From contig CAJWLU010000002.1 of assembly GCA_913043225.1 (NCBI GenBank), forward strand, positions 64,001 to 128,000: DNA of 64,000 nucleotides, in the 5' to 3' direction. Below are positions 9,418-19,589 of the stretch, in pieces; the first letter of the stretch is position 1; every line of letters starts with the position of its first letter. This DNA is from an uncultured Acidobacteriota bacterium (GTDB taxonomy: Bacteria; Acidobacteriota; Vicinamibacteria; Vicinamibacterales; UBA8438). Both the position numbers and the translations under genes were made by a program. The notes under the pieces are model-generated. The model searched no databases. It was not told the origin of the DNA and was given only the letters and a program-made list of their open reading frames with translations.

Positions 9418-10896
9418 CTACTGGCGATCCGGTCTCAGGGTTGGGTTTGGCGCCAGAGCCGGGCGGGAGATCACGGTCACCACAACGCAGACCGCCACGT
9501 TGACCAGCAGGGCGATGATGCCCGCGTGGACGTTCCAGGGCTCGGTTTGACCGGAGGCCAGGAGCCCCGCATAGACCGCCGTCCCAGTGACCATTCCGGC
9601 CAAAGCGGCCCTTGTGGTGAGGCGAGTCCACCCCACGCCGAGGATGAAGAGCGGGGCAACCTGGGCCAGAATCTCCATCTTCAGCTCGGTGAGACCCCAC
9701 AAGGTGATGCGAGGGTTGAGCGCGATCGTGACGAGGCCTGCTACTAGGATCCAGGAAGCCCGTTGGCCGATTCGGGTCAAACGCTCCTCGTCGATGTTGC
9801 GCAGCACGGTGGTGCCCAGTACGTCCTTGGCCAGGATCGACGACAGGCTGAGTAGGACCGAGTCGGCAGTGGACATGATCGCGCTGACCACGGCCACGAT
9901 CACTACCAGGCTCAAAGCGTAGAGCAATGGCTCGCTCTGACCCCACTGAGCCAGCAGCATCGGTAGGACCTGATCGGCCTCGATCGGCCCGGCAGAGGCC
10001 AGGTCCCGGATGGCGATCACGCCCACCAGGAACACCACACCGGTCGTGGCCAGTGGGAGGAACACCATGATGCCGAACGATCGGCGGAGTGCGGCGCTGT
10101 CCCTGGCTGCGAAGATGCGTTGGATCGCATGCGGATACACCGACCCGGACAGCCCGATGAGAAGGAGTGTGCTGATCCAGTTGCGCGAGACATCCCAGCC
10201 GGGCACTGCGACCTTCTCCGGTGAGTGCACGGCAATCCAGGTCGTCACCTCTCCCAGATGTGTGGGCGAGGGGGCTACTGCCAGCAGCAGCCCGGTCAGC
10301 CCTACCACCAGCATCAATCCCTGCACGGTGTCGGTCCAGGCCACCGCCCGCATTCCACCGACGGTCTCGTACACCAAGACCACCAGCGTCAGCAGCACTA
10401 CGCCCACCCAGTAGGGGACTGTGCCACCAGACAGGCCGGCGGTGATGTGGCCCATGGCCATCAGCTGGGCCAGCAGGTAGTTGGCGATGGCGGCCACCAT
10501 CAGCACGTTGGCGAACAAGGTCAGTGTGGGCGAGCCGAACCGATACGTGAACCAGTCGCCGGGAGTGACGAACCGATGGCGTCTGGCGACATGATGTAGA
10601 TAGGGCGCGAACAGGAGATAGGCGACGATGATCGCCATCATGAAGCCGACGCTCATCACCCACGAGAATCCCAGTCGAAACGCTTCGCCTGGATAGCCAA
10701 TAAGGCTGTTGCCGCTGTACTGGGTGGCGTACAAGGTGAGCAACAGCACCGGGCCAGAGAGCTGCCGGCCGGCCAGATAGAACTCGGACAGCGAGTCGCT
10801 GGCTCGGCGATGGCGGGCGGCGTAGCCCACTACGAGGATGGCGGTGAGATACAGGCCCACAGCCAAGATGGGACCGGTGCCGAGCCCGCCGGTCAC
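9418..10896 (-). CDS. Sodium:solute symporter (SSS, PanF/PutP-like)
   Basis: FYLAGR, GGMRAVAWTD.VQG, SAIMSTADS motifs; many TMs. Confidence 0.9.
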   Translation of the reverse strand: MTGGLGTGPILAVGLYLTAILVVGYAARHRRASDSLSEFYLAGRQLSGPVLLLTLYATQYSGNSLIGYPGEAFRLGFSWVMSVGFMMAIIVAYLLFAPYLHHVARRHRFVTPGDWFTYRFGSPTLTLFANVLMVAAIANYLLAQLMAMGHITAGLSGGTVPYWVGVVLLTLVVLVYETVGGMRAVAWTDTVQGLMLVVGLTGLLLAVAPSPTHLGEVTTWIAVHSPEKVAVPGWDVSRNWISTLLLIGLSGSVYPHAIQRIFAARDSAALRRSFGIMVFLPLATTGVVFLVGVIAIRDLASAGPIEADQVLPMLLAQWGQSEPLLYALSLVVIVAVVSAIMSTADSVLLSLSSILAKDVLGTTVLRNIDEERLTRIGQRASWILVAGLVTIALNPRITLWGLTELKMEILAQVAPLFILGVGWTRLTTRAALAGMVTGTAVYAGLLASGQTEPWNVHAGIIALLVNVAVCVVVTVISRPALAPNPTLRPDRQ

Positions 10897-11147
10897 TGGT
10901 CAAGCTCCTGGTCGGGCCACATACGGAGGACTACGTAGGCGGTAAACACCGCGACGGCGAGCGTGGCGGCAAGCGACAGCACGACCCAGTGAGGCAGCCC
11001 GAACCACAGTTGGAGTGGAGCGTCGGCCGGCCAGTACCAGGGAACAGAGAGACCGAACAGAAGGCTGTAGACCAGCCAGATCCACCGCGGGAAGTGGCGG
11101 GCGGGCCGAGACGCCGCGTCGGGTTCGAGGGAGGCCTGGTCGGTCAT
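10893..11147 (-). CDS. Small two-TM SSS accessory subunit (DUF997/DUF3311-like)
   Basis: 84 aa, two TMs, W.GLP.W motif, ATGA-type overlap with the symporter. Confidence 0.7.
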   Translation of the reverse strand: MTDQASLEPDAASRPARHFPRWIWLVYSLLFGLSVPWYWPADAPLQLWFGLPHWVVLSLAATLAVAVFTAYVVLRMWPDQELDQ

Positions 11148-11235
11148 CTGGTCAGCGTCTCGCGAGAGCGGCCGGTTCCTTTGCGGTCAACTATCATAGG
11201 TGCCGAGACGCGACGTGCGAGCAAAGGAGCTGGGT

Positions 11236-12123
11236 ATGAGGGGTATGGTGGCGCTTGGGGTTCTGGTGGCTGTTGCGATCGCGGCGCCGTCGGGGGCGCA
11301 GACTACGGCGCTTGAGGGGGTTATCGACTTCCACGTGCACGCTGGACCCGACTCGCGGCCCCGCTCGGTCAGCGACATCGAGATTGCTCGTATCGCCAGG
11401 CGCTCGGGTATGCGCGGTTTCGTGCTCAAGAACCACTTCACGCAGACAGCTGATCGGGCCTGGATTGCAATGCAGGAGGTGCCGGGTATCGAGATCTTCG
11501 GCGGCGTGGCTCTGAACCACGCCGTGGGCGGGCTCAACCCCGAGGCGATCCGGCAGATGGTGGACTTCTCGGGAGGTCGCGGAAAGGTGGTGTGGCTACC
11601 CACCTTCGACGCCGAGTTCTGGATGACGCGCGCCGGCGACCCGGGTGAGTTCATCTCTGTGGCTCGCAACGGTCAGTTGGTGCCAGAACTGGGTGAGATC
11701 TTCGACCTGGTGGCCGAGCATGATCTTGTGCTGGCCCTGGGGCACTCGTCACCCGAGGAGGCGCTCATGATGATCCCCGAGGCCAGGCAGCGTGGGGTCG
11801 AGCAGATCCTCGTAACCCACGGACTGGGGCAGAACCCTTCCGATCCTCAAGTTGCCGAGATGGTGGCGGGAGGGGCCATCATCGAATTGGTGTGGATGTC
11901 AGCGATGGACAACCAGGCCACGTTCGACGGCTACCTCGACGCCATCCGCAACCACGGGGCGGCTGGTTTCCTGCTCTCGTCGGACCTCGGTCAGGCCGGA
12001 AACCCGCTCCACCCCGACGGCCTCATGGCCTTTATGACCGCCCTCAGCGCCGCCGGCATCAGCGACGAGGATATCGACCTGATGATTCGGCGGAATCCGG
12101 CGAGCTTGCTCGGGGTTGAGTAG
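11236..12123 (+). CDS. Secreted DUF6282 family amidohydrolase-like metalloprotein
   Basis: Signal peptide; DFHVHAGPD, KNH, GH, VTH, SSD metal-site pattern; AAAGGAG RBS before ATG 11236. Confidence 0.8.
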   Translation: MRGMVALGVLVAVAIAAPSGAQTTALEGVIDFHVHAGPDSRPRSVSDIEIARIARRSGMRGFVLKNHFTQTADRAWIAMQEVPGIEIFGGVALNHAVGGLNPEAIRQMVDFSGGRGKVVWLPTFDAEFWMTRAGDPGEFISVARNGQLVPELGEIFDLVAEHDLVLALGHSSPEEALMMIPEARQRGVEQILVTHGLGQNPSDPQVAEMVAGGAIIELVWMSAMDNQATFDGYLDAIRNHGAAGFLLSSDLGQAGNPLHPDGLMAFMTALSAAGISDEDIDLMIRRNPASLLGVE

Positions 12124-12322
12124 GGCGGCTTGGCCGGATCTAGCTACAGGCTAGGGGAGTCAGGCGTTCGAAAAAGCTAGCGGCGATAGGAGCTCTCTGA
12201 ACCACGACCTGTCCTGGGCAAGATGGCACCTGTAGCGGGCATGACTCTCCGGCGTTAGTCGACCCCGGACCATATAGAGTGCCTGAGCCTGTAGCCGGGG
12301 CGCACGACTAGTCCACGCGTTC

Positions 12323-13318
12323 CTAATGCACTTCGTGAGAACTCCCCGATGCTTTCGGATCGGCACCGAGGAGACGCTCCTGGGCCAGCCGCTCGGCTGC
12401 GCGGCGGGCTTCGGCGAGCTCGGCCTCGATTCGCTCTTCTTCGTCCCACGCGGCCCGGCGTGCCGCTCGGCGGCGGCGGTGGACCACGATCGCCAGCACG
12501 GCCAGCGACGTGATCCCCATCCAGAGGAACGCGGGCCCGGTCAGTAACGGGATCCAGCGGCTCCAGTGTTGCTGCGTACGCCAGAAGCGGGCGACGACCC
12601 AGTTGAGTGGGGCGCCAGTGGCGGTGCGGAAGGCGCTGTCGAAGGTGGCGCCGTCAGCGAGCTCTTCGAGAATACGCCCGGGCGCATCGTCGCCGTAGGC
12701 CCGGATCACTTCGCGCACCAGCGCACCGCTGACCGCGTAGGCACGCTGGCTGGCGCCGCGGCCCTGGCCGAAGAGCGTCTCCAGTTGGTTCAGGTCGAGG
12801 GTGCCGTCCCACACCAGCGTCCAGGCGAGCCGTGACCGGTCACTCAATCCGGCTGGCCGCTCGGCCGCCATGGCTAGGCCTTCGTTGAACCAGCGGGGTA
12901 CCAGTTGGCCGCCCGCCGCACGTGCGAAGAGTACGTGAGCCACCTCGTGCTGTAGCAGCGTGTCCAGTCCGTCGGTCGGATAGCCGCGGGCCCGGTCGGG
13001 GAACATCACGACCAGACTGCGGCTGCCATCTGCGAAACCGGCGATCCAGCGCGGTGTGTTCTGAGCAAGCTCTGCCTCCTCGTTGATCAGCAGGACGTTG
13101 ATCGGTGGCCCAGGATGGGTCATCCCAGCCAGAGTCATGGCCGTGGTCAGAGGTTCGAGCGGCAGCTCTCGCACCTGTTCCGCTAGGCTCTCGAGGCCAA
13201 CGGGGGCATCCACGTTCAGGGTGGGCAGCAGGGGTTGTGCCGCCGCCGGGGCGTCCCAGGGTAAGGCCACCGCGGCCACGGCCAGCGCTCGCGCTAGGCG
13301 GGCAGTCATCGACACCAC
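12323..13318 (-). CDS. Peptidase MA-like zinc metallohydrolase with signal peptide and C-terminal TM
   Basis: HEVAH and PRWFNEGLA motifs. Confidence 0.8.
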   Translation of the reverse strand: MVSMTARLARALAVAAVALPWDAPAAAQPLLPTLNVDAPVGLESLAEQVRELPLEPLTTAMTLAGMTHPGPPINVLLINEEAELAQNTPRWIAGFADGSRSLVVMFPDRARGYPTDGLDTLLQHEVAHVLFARAAGGQLVPRWFNEGLAMAAERPAGLSDRSRLAWTLVWDGTLDLNQLETLFGQGRGASQRAYAVSGALVREVIRAYGDDAPGRILEELADGATFDSAFRTATGAPLNWVVARFWRTQQHWSRWIPLLTGPAFLWMGITSLAVLAIVVHRRRRAARRAAWDEEERIEAELAEARRAAERLAQERLLGADPKASGSSHEVH

Positions 13319-13324
13319 GGGCGG

Positions 13325-13504
13325 TTAGACGACGAGAGCGGGGGCTTCCATCGCGTCGCGCAGAAAGGCTTCGGTCGCCTTGGGGGCGAACTTGGTGCCC
13401 GAGCTCCTGCTCAGGATCTCGCCCACTTCGTAGGGCGACATTGCCTTTCGGTAGGGTCTGTCGCTGGTCAGCGAGTCGAAGAGATCGGCCACCGAGAACA
13501 GCGG
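13325..13504 (-). pseudogene. C-terminal remnant of an HD-GYP phosphodiesterase
   Basis: SVADLFDSLTSDRPYRKAM...GTKF.P...EAFL; HD and GYP motifs absent. Confidence 0.75.
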
Positions 13505-13614
13505 ACACAGCTCTTTGCTGACCTTATTGATCTGGGCACTGAGGGAGTCATTTGACATGGCTGCGAGAAAATCGGAACACTCGCCATTCTAACTCGGAGC
13601 CTCGTGGGGTCATC

Positions 13615-13643
13615 TTGCAAAGCCCAAAGGCCCCGCTTATGAT
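13615..13643 (+). promoter_or_regulatory. sigma70-type promoter of sdhCAB
   Basis: TTGCAA-N17-TATGAT, 67 nt upstream of the sdhC ATG. Confidence 0.6.
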
Positions 13644-13710
13644 CCGCTTGCCGCGTGGCGGTCATCCGCGGCAGGGTCTTGGGCCTCCTCCCTGGTATCC
13701 CAGAGCGTCC

Positions 13711-14388
13711 ATGAAACAAGCATTCGGCCTGTGGCAATCGTCGGTCGGGAAGAAGGTGACCATGGCGGTCAGCGGCATCATGCTGCTGGGCTTCGTTGTG
13801 GCGCATCTGCTCGGCAATTTCAAGGTGTTCTCGGGGCAGGCGGAGTACGACGCCTACGCCGAGTTTCTGCGCGAGATGGGCAGCCCGGTCTTCGGGCATG
13901 GCGAGCTGCTCTGGATCATGCGGCTGGGGCTGATTGCCGTCGTCGGCGTGCATATCCTGGCCGCGGTGCAGCTCACGCAGATGAGTCGATCCGCCCGTTC
14001 GGCTAGCTACCAGAAGCCGCACGACGTGTCGTTGTCCTACGCGTCTCGCACCATGCGCTGGGGTGGGGTCATCGTGGTGGCATTCGTGGTCTACCACCTG
14101 TTGCACCTGACCTTCGGCACCGTCCATTCGGAGTTCGAGGCGGGCGCCGTGTATCGGAACGTAGTGTCGGCGTTCTCGCAGTGGTCGGTGGCGCTGAGCT
14201 ACATCATCGCCATGGTGCCGCTGGGGCTGCACATCTACCACGGCACCTGGAGCATGACCCAGACGCTCGGGCTCGACGGTCCCCGGATGTCGGCGGTTCG
14301 CCGCGGGGTGGCCGGGGTCCTGGCCGTCGGTATCACCCTGGGCAATATCTCCATTCCGCTCGCCGTGCTTGCGGGCATCGTAGGCTGA
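13711..14388 (+). CDS. sdhC: Succinate dehydrogenase cytochrome b558 subunit
   Basis: SSVGKK..MAVSG, heme-ligand His residues, ASRTMRWGG. Confidence 0.9.
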   Translation: MKQAFGLWQSSVGKKVTMAVSGIMLLGFVVAHLLGNFKVFSGQAEYDAYAEFLREMGSPVFGHGELLWIMRLGLIAVVGVHILAAVQLTQMSRSARSASYQKPHDVSLSYASRTMRWGGVIVVAFVVYHLLHLTFGTVHSEFEAGAVYRNVVSAFSQWSVALSYIIAMVPLGLHIYHGTWSMTQTLGLDGPRMSAVRRGVAGVLAVGITLGNISIPLAVLAGIVG

Positions 14389-14398
14389 AAGGGACTTC

Positions 14399-16306
14399 AT
14401 GAATCTCGATCCGCACATCCCTGACGGCCCGATTGTAGAGAAATGGGAGCGCCATCTCTTCGAGATGAAGCTCGTCAATCCGGCCAATAAACGGAAGTTC
14501 AATGTGATCGTGGTCGGGTCCGGGCTGGCCGGCGCTTCGGCGGCGGCCACGATGGGCGAGTTGGGCTACAACGTCCGGTGCTTTAGCTTCCACGACAGCC
14601 CGCGCCGGGCGCACAGCATCGCCGCGCAAGGTGGCATCAACGCCGCGAAGAACTACCAGAACGATGGCGACAGCGTGTACCGGCTCTTCTACGACACGGT
14701 GAAGGGCGGCGACTTTCGTGCCCGGGAAGCCAATATCTACCGGCTGGCTCAGGTGTCCGTCGACATCATCGACCAGTGCGCGGCGCAGGGCGTGCCGTTT
14801 GCCCGTGAGTATGGTGGCGGTCTGGCTAACCGGTCGTTCGGCGGCGCTCAGGTGTCACGCACCTTCTACGCACGTGGCCAGACGGGGCAACAGTTGCTGC
14901 TCGGCGCCTACCAGGCGCTGTCACGTCAAATTGCCACAGGCAAAGTAACTATGTTCCCTCGCCACGAGATGCTCGACCTGGTCGTGGTGGACGATCGCGC
15001 GCGCGGCATCGTGACGCGGCGTCTCGACAATGGAGCGATCGAGGCGCATACGGCCGATGCGGTGGTACTTGCGACCGGCGGTTATGTCAACGTCTTCTAT
15101 CTGTCGACCAACGCTAAGAACTCCAACGTGTCGGCGGGGTGGCGCTGTCATCGGCGCGGCGCCGGATTCGCCAACCCCTGCTATACCCAGATTCATCCCA
15201 CGTGTATTCCCTCCAGTGGCGACTATCAGTCCAAGTTGACGCTGATGAGTGAGTCGCTTCGCAACGACGGCCGCATCTGGGTGCCCAAGCAGAAGGGCGA
15301 CAACCGGCCGGCAGCCGACATTCCCGAGGACGAGCGCGACTACTATCTCGAGCGGATCTACCCGAGCTTCGGCAACCTCAGCCCGCGCGACATCTCGTCC
15401 CGCCGCGCCAAGGAGATGGTCGATGCCGGGCGCGGGGTGGGGCCGCTCACGAATGGCGTCTTTCTTGATTTTGCCGAGCCGATCAACCGGCTTGGAAAGC
15501 CGACCATCGGGGAGCGCTACGGCAACCTGTTCGACATGTACGAGCGGATCACGGGCGAGAGTCCGTTCGATATGCCGATGCGCATCTATCCGGCCCCGCA
15601 CTACGCCATGGGCGGGGTCTGGGTCGACTACGACCTCATGAGCACCATTCCGGGGCTGTTCGTGATCGGCGAGGCGAACTTTTCCGACCACGGCGCCAAC
15701 CGTCTCGGGGCGTCGGCGCTTATGCAGGGGCTGGCCGATGGTTACTTCGTGCTCCCCTACACGATCGGCAACTACCTTGCCCGCACCGGACCGAGCGACG
15801 TGGGTTCCGACCACGCGGCCAGTAAGTCGGTGTGCGACGAGGTAACCAACCGGACCAATCAACTGCTGAACATCGGTGGCAGCCGGTCGGCCGACTCGTT
15901 CCACCGCGAGCTTGGGGGGCTGGTCTGGGAGTACTGCGGTATGGCTCGCAACAAGGCAGGTCTCGAGAAGGGCCTCGGCCTGATCGCCGATCTGAAGGAG
16001 CAGTTCTGGAGGGACCTGAGGGTGCCGGGTAGCGGTGCCGATATCAACCAACAGCTCGAGTTGGCCGGTCGTGTGGCCGATTTCTTCGAGTTGGCCGAGG
16101 TGATGTGTCTTGACGCGTCGCAGCGTGAAGAGTCGTGCGGGGCCCACTTCCGCGAAGAGCACCAGACCGAGGAAGGCGAGGCCAAACGTGACGACGACGC
16201 ATTCTCGCACGCTGCGGTCTGGGAGTTCACTGGAGATGCACCCAGGCGGCACGTCGAGCCGCTGGTGTTCGAAAATGTGACGTTGTCGCAGCGGAGCTAC
16301 AAGTAA
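14399..16306 (+). CDS. sdhA: Succinate dehydrogenase/fumarate reductase flavoprotein subunit
   Basis: [43 protein letters not shown]. Confidence 0.95.
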   Translation: MNLDPHIPDGPIVEKWERHLFEMKLVNPANKRKFNVIVVGSGLAGASAAATMGELGYNVRCFSFHDSPRRAHSIAAQGGINAAKNYQNDGDSVYRLFYDTVKGGDFRAREANIYRLAQVSVDIIDQCAAQGVPFAREYGGGLANRSFGGAQVSRTFYARGQTGQQLLLGAYQALSRQIATGKVTMFPRHEMLDLVVVDDRARGIVTRRLDNGAIEAHTADAVVLATGGYVNVFYLSTNAKNSNVSAGWRCHRRGAGFANPCYTQIHPTCIPSSGDYQSKLTLMSESLRNDGRIWVPKQKGDNRPAADIPEDERDYYLERIYPSFGNLSPRDISSRRAKEMVDAGRGVGPLTNGVFLDFAEPINRLGKPTIGERYGNLFDMYERITGESPFDMPMRIYPAPHYAMGGVWVDYDLMSTIPGLFVIGEANFSDHGANRLGASALMQGLADGYFVLPYTIGNYLARTGPSDVGSDHAASKSVCDEVTNRTNQLLNIGGSRSADSFHRELGGLVWEYCGMARNKAGLEKGLGLIADLKEQFWRDLRVPGSGADINQQLELAGRVADFFELAEVMCLDASQREESCGAHFREEHQTEEGEAKRDDDAFSHAAVWEFTGDAPRRHVEPLVFENVTLSQRSYK

Positions 16307-17052
16307 TGCGGTTGATTGTGCACGTCTGGCGTCAAAGCGGTCCCACCGAGAGCGGTGCGTTCGAGCGGCACGAGTTGCCGGATGTGTCCGAGCATGCGTC
16401 GTTCCTCGAGATGCTCGACATTCTGAACGAGCAGCTGGTAAATACCGGCGGCGAGGCGGTGGCCTTCGAGCACGATTGTCGCGAGGGCATCTGTGGCTCC
16501 TGCGGCATGGTCATCAACGGCATTCCGCACGGACCGCACGGTGGTGTTACCACCTGCCAGCTTCACATGCGGTCTTTCAAGGATGGTGATGAGATCTGGA
16601 TCGAGCCGTGGCGCGCCGACGCCTTCCCGGTCATGAAGGACCTCGTGGTCGACCGTAGTGCGTTCGACCGGATTATCCAGGCAGGCGGATTCATTTCTGT
16701 CAACACCGGGAGCGCCCCAGATGGCAACGCCATCGCAGTACCGAAGGACAGCTCGGAGAAGGCACTGGACGCCGCTGAGTGCATTGGTTGCGGCGCCTGT
16801 GTGGCGGCGTGTCCTAACGCCTCGGCCATGCTCTTCACTGCGGCCAAGGCCGGTCACCTCGGGTTGCTTCCTCAGGGGCAAGCTGAGCGGATGTCGCGTA
16901 CCAAGAACATGGTGATCACGATGGACGAGGAAGGCTTCGGCAGCTGCACGAACCATGGCGCGTGTGAAACGGTCTGCCCGAAGGAGATCGGGATCGACTT
17001 CATCGCGCGGCTGAATCGCGACGTGATCAAAGCGAGTTTTTCGAGAGACTAG
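16306..17052 (+). CDS. sdhB: Succinate dehydrogenase/fumarate reductase Fe-S subunit
   Basis: [32 protein letters not shown]. Confidence 0.95.
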   Translation: MRLIVHVWRQSGPTESGAFERHELPDVSEHASFLEMLDILNEQLVNTGGEAVAFEHDCREGICGSCGMVINGIPHGPHGGVTTCQLHMRSFKDGDEIWIEPWRADAFPVMKDLVVDRSAFDRIIQAGGFISVNTGSAPDGNAIAVPKDSSEKALDAAECIGCGACVAACPNASAMLFTAAKAGHLGLLPQGQAERMSRTKNMVITMDEEGFGSCTNHGACETVCPKEIGIDFIARLNRDVIKASFSRD

Positions 17053-17711
17053 CTCCTGCTGGTTACTTCATCGAGCGGTTTGCGTTCGATGTCTGGCACG
17101 GTGGCTTCGGCCGCCGGGTGCCCCACCACGAGGATCAGGTAGGGCCGTTCATTCGCTGGGCGGTCCAGGATCTCGTTTAGGAAGCGCATCGGGCTCGGGG
17201 TATGGGTTAGTGTGGCTAAGCCCACTTGGTGGAGCGTTGAGATCAGCATGCCGGTCGCGATCCCGACCGATTCCTGCACGTAGTAGTGCTTCCGCCTTTG
17301 CCCGTCGTCCCTGAGGCCGTAGGTCTCGGCGAAGATGACCACCAGGCACGGCGCCTTTTCGAGGAACGGCTTGTTCGCGTCGGTGGCCAGCGGGGCCAGG
17401 GCATCGAGCCATTCGTCCGGCGCCCGGCCCTTATAGAAGGCGTGCTCCTCAGCCTCGGCTTCGAGCCGGATCCGCTGCTTGACCACCGGGTCCTTTACGA
17501 CGACGAAGTGCCAGGGTTGCTGATTGGCACCGCTTGGCGCCGATGCCGCCACGGCCAGACAGGCGTCGAGCACTCGGTCCGGGACTGGCCGGGTCGAGAA
17601 GTCGCGCACGGTGCGACGGCGGGTCACGACGTCTCGTAGCTCGACGGCTCGAGCTTCGAGATCCTCGTCGGTACGAGAGGGAAGTCCCTCGAGCGGGATG
17701 CGCTTGTTCAT
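17049..17711 (-). CDS. Nitroreductase family protein, iodotyrosine deiodinase (IYD)-like
   Basis: [19 protein letters not shown]-x3-Y-x20-K, YY..ESVGIA, LTHTP. Confidence 0.8.
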   Translation of the reverse strand: MNKRIPLEGLPSRTDEDLEARAVELRDVVTRRRTVRDFSTRPVPDRVLDACLAVAASAPSGANQQPWHFVVVKDPVVKQRIRLEAEAEEHAFYKGRAPDEWLDALAPLATDANKPFLEKAPCLVVIFAETYGLRDDGQRRKHYYVQESVGIATGMLISTLHQVGLATLTHTPSPMRFLNEILDRPANERPYLILVVGHPAAEATVPDIERKPLDEVTSRS

Positions 17712-17968
17712 GCGTCCTTCAACCGGGCGATGGTGGCGCCCAGGTGCGACGCCGAATCGTCCCAGTACTCTTCGACCAGGGAGTGGTCGGCGAGTACCTC
17801 GTGAACCGTTCGTCGCTGGATACCGCGGCCTCGCCCGTGCACGATCCGTACTTCAGCCAGCCCTTTCGCATGAGCAGCGTGCACGTATTCGCCCACCAGC
17901 GGCGAGATGTCGCGCGGGGCGAAGGTATGCAGGTCGAGCTCTCGCTCGATCGGCACCCGATGAGTCAT
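17708..17968 (-). CDS. Stand-alone Smr domain protein
   Basis: ELDLH, IVHGRG.G, GAT motifs. Confidence 0.85.
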   Translation of the reverse strand: MTHRVPIERELDLHTFAPRDISPLVGEYVHAAHAKGLAEVRIVHGRGRGIQRRTVHEVLADHSLVEEYWDDSASHLGATIARLKDA

Positions 17969-18360
17969 CGGCGTGTGGCGCGTCGTTTGGACGCCGTGGT
18001 CTTTTGCGCGCGCGCCGGTTTCTCGTAGCGGGTCACCACCTGAGTGGTGAGTCCGCCCCGTACCGAGAAGTCGCCCACCACTTCCATCTTTCTGGGGCGG
18101 CAGGCCGTGACAAGGTCATCGAGAATTTGATTCGTCACAGCTTCATAGAAGATGCCTCGATCGCGGAAGCCCATGAAGTAGTACTTCAACGCCTTTAGCT
18201 CGAGACATGTGCGATCGGGTACGTACATGATCCGGATCTCGCCAAAGTCGGGGAGTCCCGTCTTGGGACAGAGCGACGTGAACTCCGGGCACTGAATCCG
18301 GATTTCGAAGTCCCGGGCGGGTTGGGGATTGGGGAAGGTCTCCAGGGGCTCAGACGACAT
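17965..18360 (-). CDS. queF: NADPH-dependent preQ0 reductase (type I)
   Basis: [26 protein letters not shown]. Confidence 0.9.
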   Translation of the reverse strand: MSSEPLETFPNPQPARDFEIRIQCPEFTSLCPKTGLPDFGEIRIMYVPDRTCLELKALKYYFMGFRDRGIFYEAVTNQILDDLVTACRPRKMEVVGDFSVRGGLTTQVVTRYEKPARAQKTTASKRRATRR

Positions 18361-18413
18361 TTGGGCATCTTACATCGGCCTATAAGCGAAGGTCGGTCGC
18401 GGCCCCAACGTCG

Positions 18414-18443
18414 TTGACACCAGAAAACTCGGCGCGCTAGCAT
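18414..18443 (+). promoter_or_regulatory. sigma70-type promoter of the HU gene
   Basis: TTGACA-N18-TAGCAT. Confidence 0.55.
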
Positions 18444-18536
18444 TGCTGCGTCTTCCGAGGGAAGCAAGAAGAGACCGCGAGCCGGCGTGCATGGCGGTCC
18501 TAATCGGTTGGTTGCACGCCTAGTCAGGGGGTCCCG

Positions 18537-18833
18537 ATGACCGACGGCAAGAGGATGAGCAAGACTGAGTTGTTCAAGCACTTCACCGAAAAATTCGGAA
18601 TGAAGCGAACTGAAGTCAGTGCCTTGTTCGACGAGCTGCAGAGCCTGTCTGAGGCGGAGTTGAGGCGGGCCGGGGAGTTCGTGTTGCCTGGTATGGTCAA
18701 GCTGGTTCGGCAGGAGCGACAGGCCCGTATGGGTCGGAACCCAGCCACCGGCGCCCAGATTCATATTCCGGCGAAGACCGTGGTTAAGGCGCGCATCGCG
18801 AAGCAGCTCAAGGACGCCGTCCTCCCCTCGTAG
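18537..18833 (+). CDS. HU family DNA-binding protein
   Basis: F.LPG..K...R.ARMGRNPATG..I.IPAKTVVK. Confidence 0.9.
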   Translation: MTDGKRMSKTELFKHFTEKFGMKRTEVSALFDELQSLSEAELRRAGEFVLPGMVKLVRQERQARMGRNPATGAQIHIPAKTVVKARIAKQLKDAVLPS

Positions 18834-18853
18834 GCGGCGCCACGCAGTAGCTC

Positions 18854-18881
18854 ACCCGTCCCGCTTTGTGGGGCGGGTTTT
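18854..18881 (+). terminator. Intrinsic terminator after HU
   Basis: ACCCGTCCCGC-TTT-GTGGGGCGGGT hairpin followed by a short T run. Confidence 0.6.
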
Positions 18882-19218
18882 GCGCGCTCTCTTCGTTCGT
18901 CTTCGAGACGCCGGCTAGCTGGGGGTCAGCACGCTAGTCGTGTTTCGTTGGCGACCTAGAAGGTGCTGCGGACGCGCCGACAAGTACTCGACCGTACGCC
19001 GACGCTCGAACCAAGCTCGAGAGCTTGGTCTCCCACCTGCCGACTGAGTCTCCGCACAGGATCATGTGGTTCTCCCTGTCGGATTCGACGTCGGCGCGGA
19101 CCGCGTCGTCCCTCACCGCGCACGGTTCGTAGCAGCATACGTTGACGGCGGTCGACTATCTGCAGCTGTTTCTTCTTGCTCAGGGTTTGAAACATCGCAG
19201 TGCCTCCTCCGGAGATGG

Positions 19219-19479
19219 TCAGCTCACCGCTCGCACTGCGGCGGCGTCCTGCTTCTCGAACTGCGCGAACTCGAGCGAGACGGTGGTTCTGTTGCCCACG
19301 GTGCTGGTGATCGAGATAACGTCGCCAAACTGGTCGACAATCTTGCGCGAGATAGCGAGGCCGAGACCGAGTTCCCGGCGTTCGGTGGTGTTGAAGCCCC
19401 CGAAGATACTCTCCAAACGTTCCTGCGGAATTCCGGTGCCATCGTCGACGACGAGCACGGTTTTGAGCTTTGTACTCAT
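19219..19479 (-). pseudogene. Chimeric remnant: response-regulator-like N-terminus fused to a degenerate HATPase C-terminus
   Basis: MSTKLKTVLVVDD followed by GTGIP..RLESIF..F.TT....LGLGLAISRKIV (G1/F/G2 boxes); no H or N box. Confidence 0.7.
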
Positions 19480-19550
19480 GGGCTTACAGACCAAGCCGGC
19501 ATTATGGGTTGGCGTTCGGCGCGAACGTAGGATGGCCGGAAGGAGGGCGC

Positions 19551-19580
19551 TTGACACCCTCTGAAGTGCGGGCTTAAGGT
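19551..19580 (+). promoter_or_regulatory. sigma70-type promoter of the E2-lipB operon
   Basis: TTGACA-N18-TAAGGT, 9 nt before ATG 19590. Confidence 0.5.
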
Positions 19581-19589
19581 AACGGCCCC

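Noticed and set aside
18934..19200. Short ORFs downstream of the kinase stub
   Set aside because: Possibly decayed coding DNA, but no assignable motif
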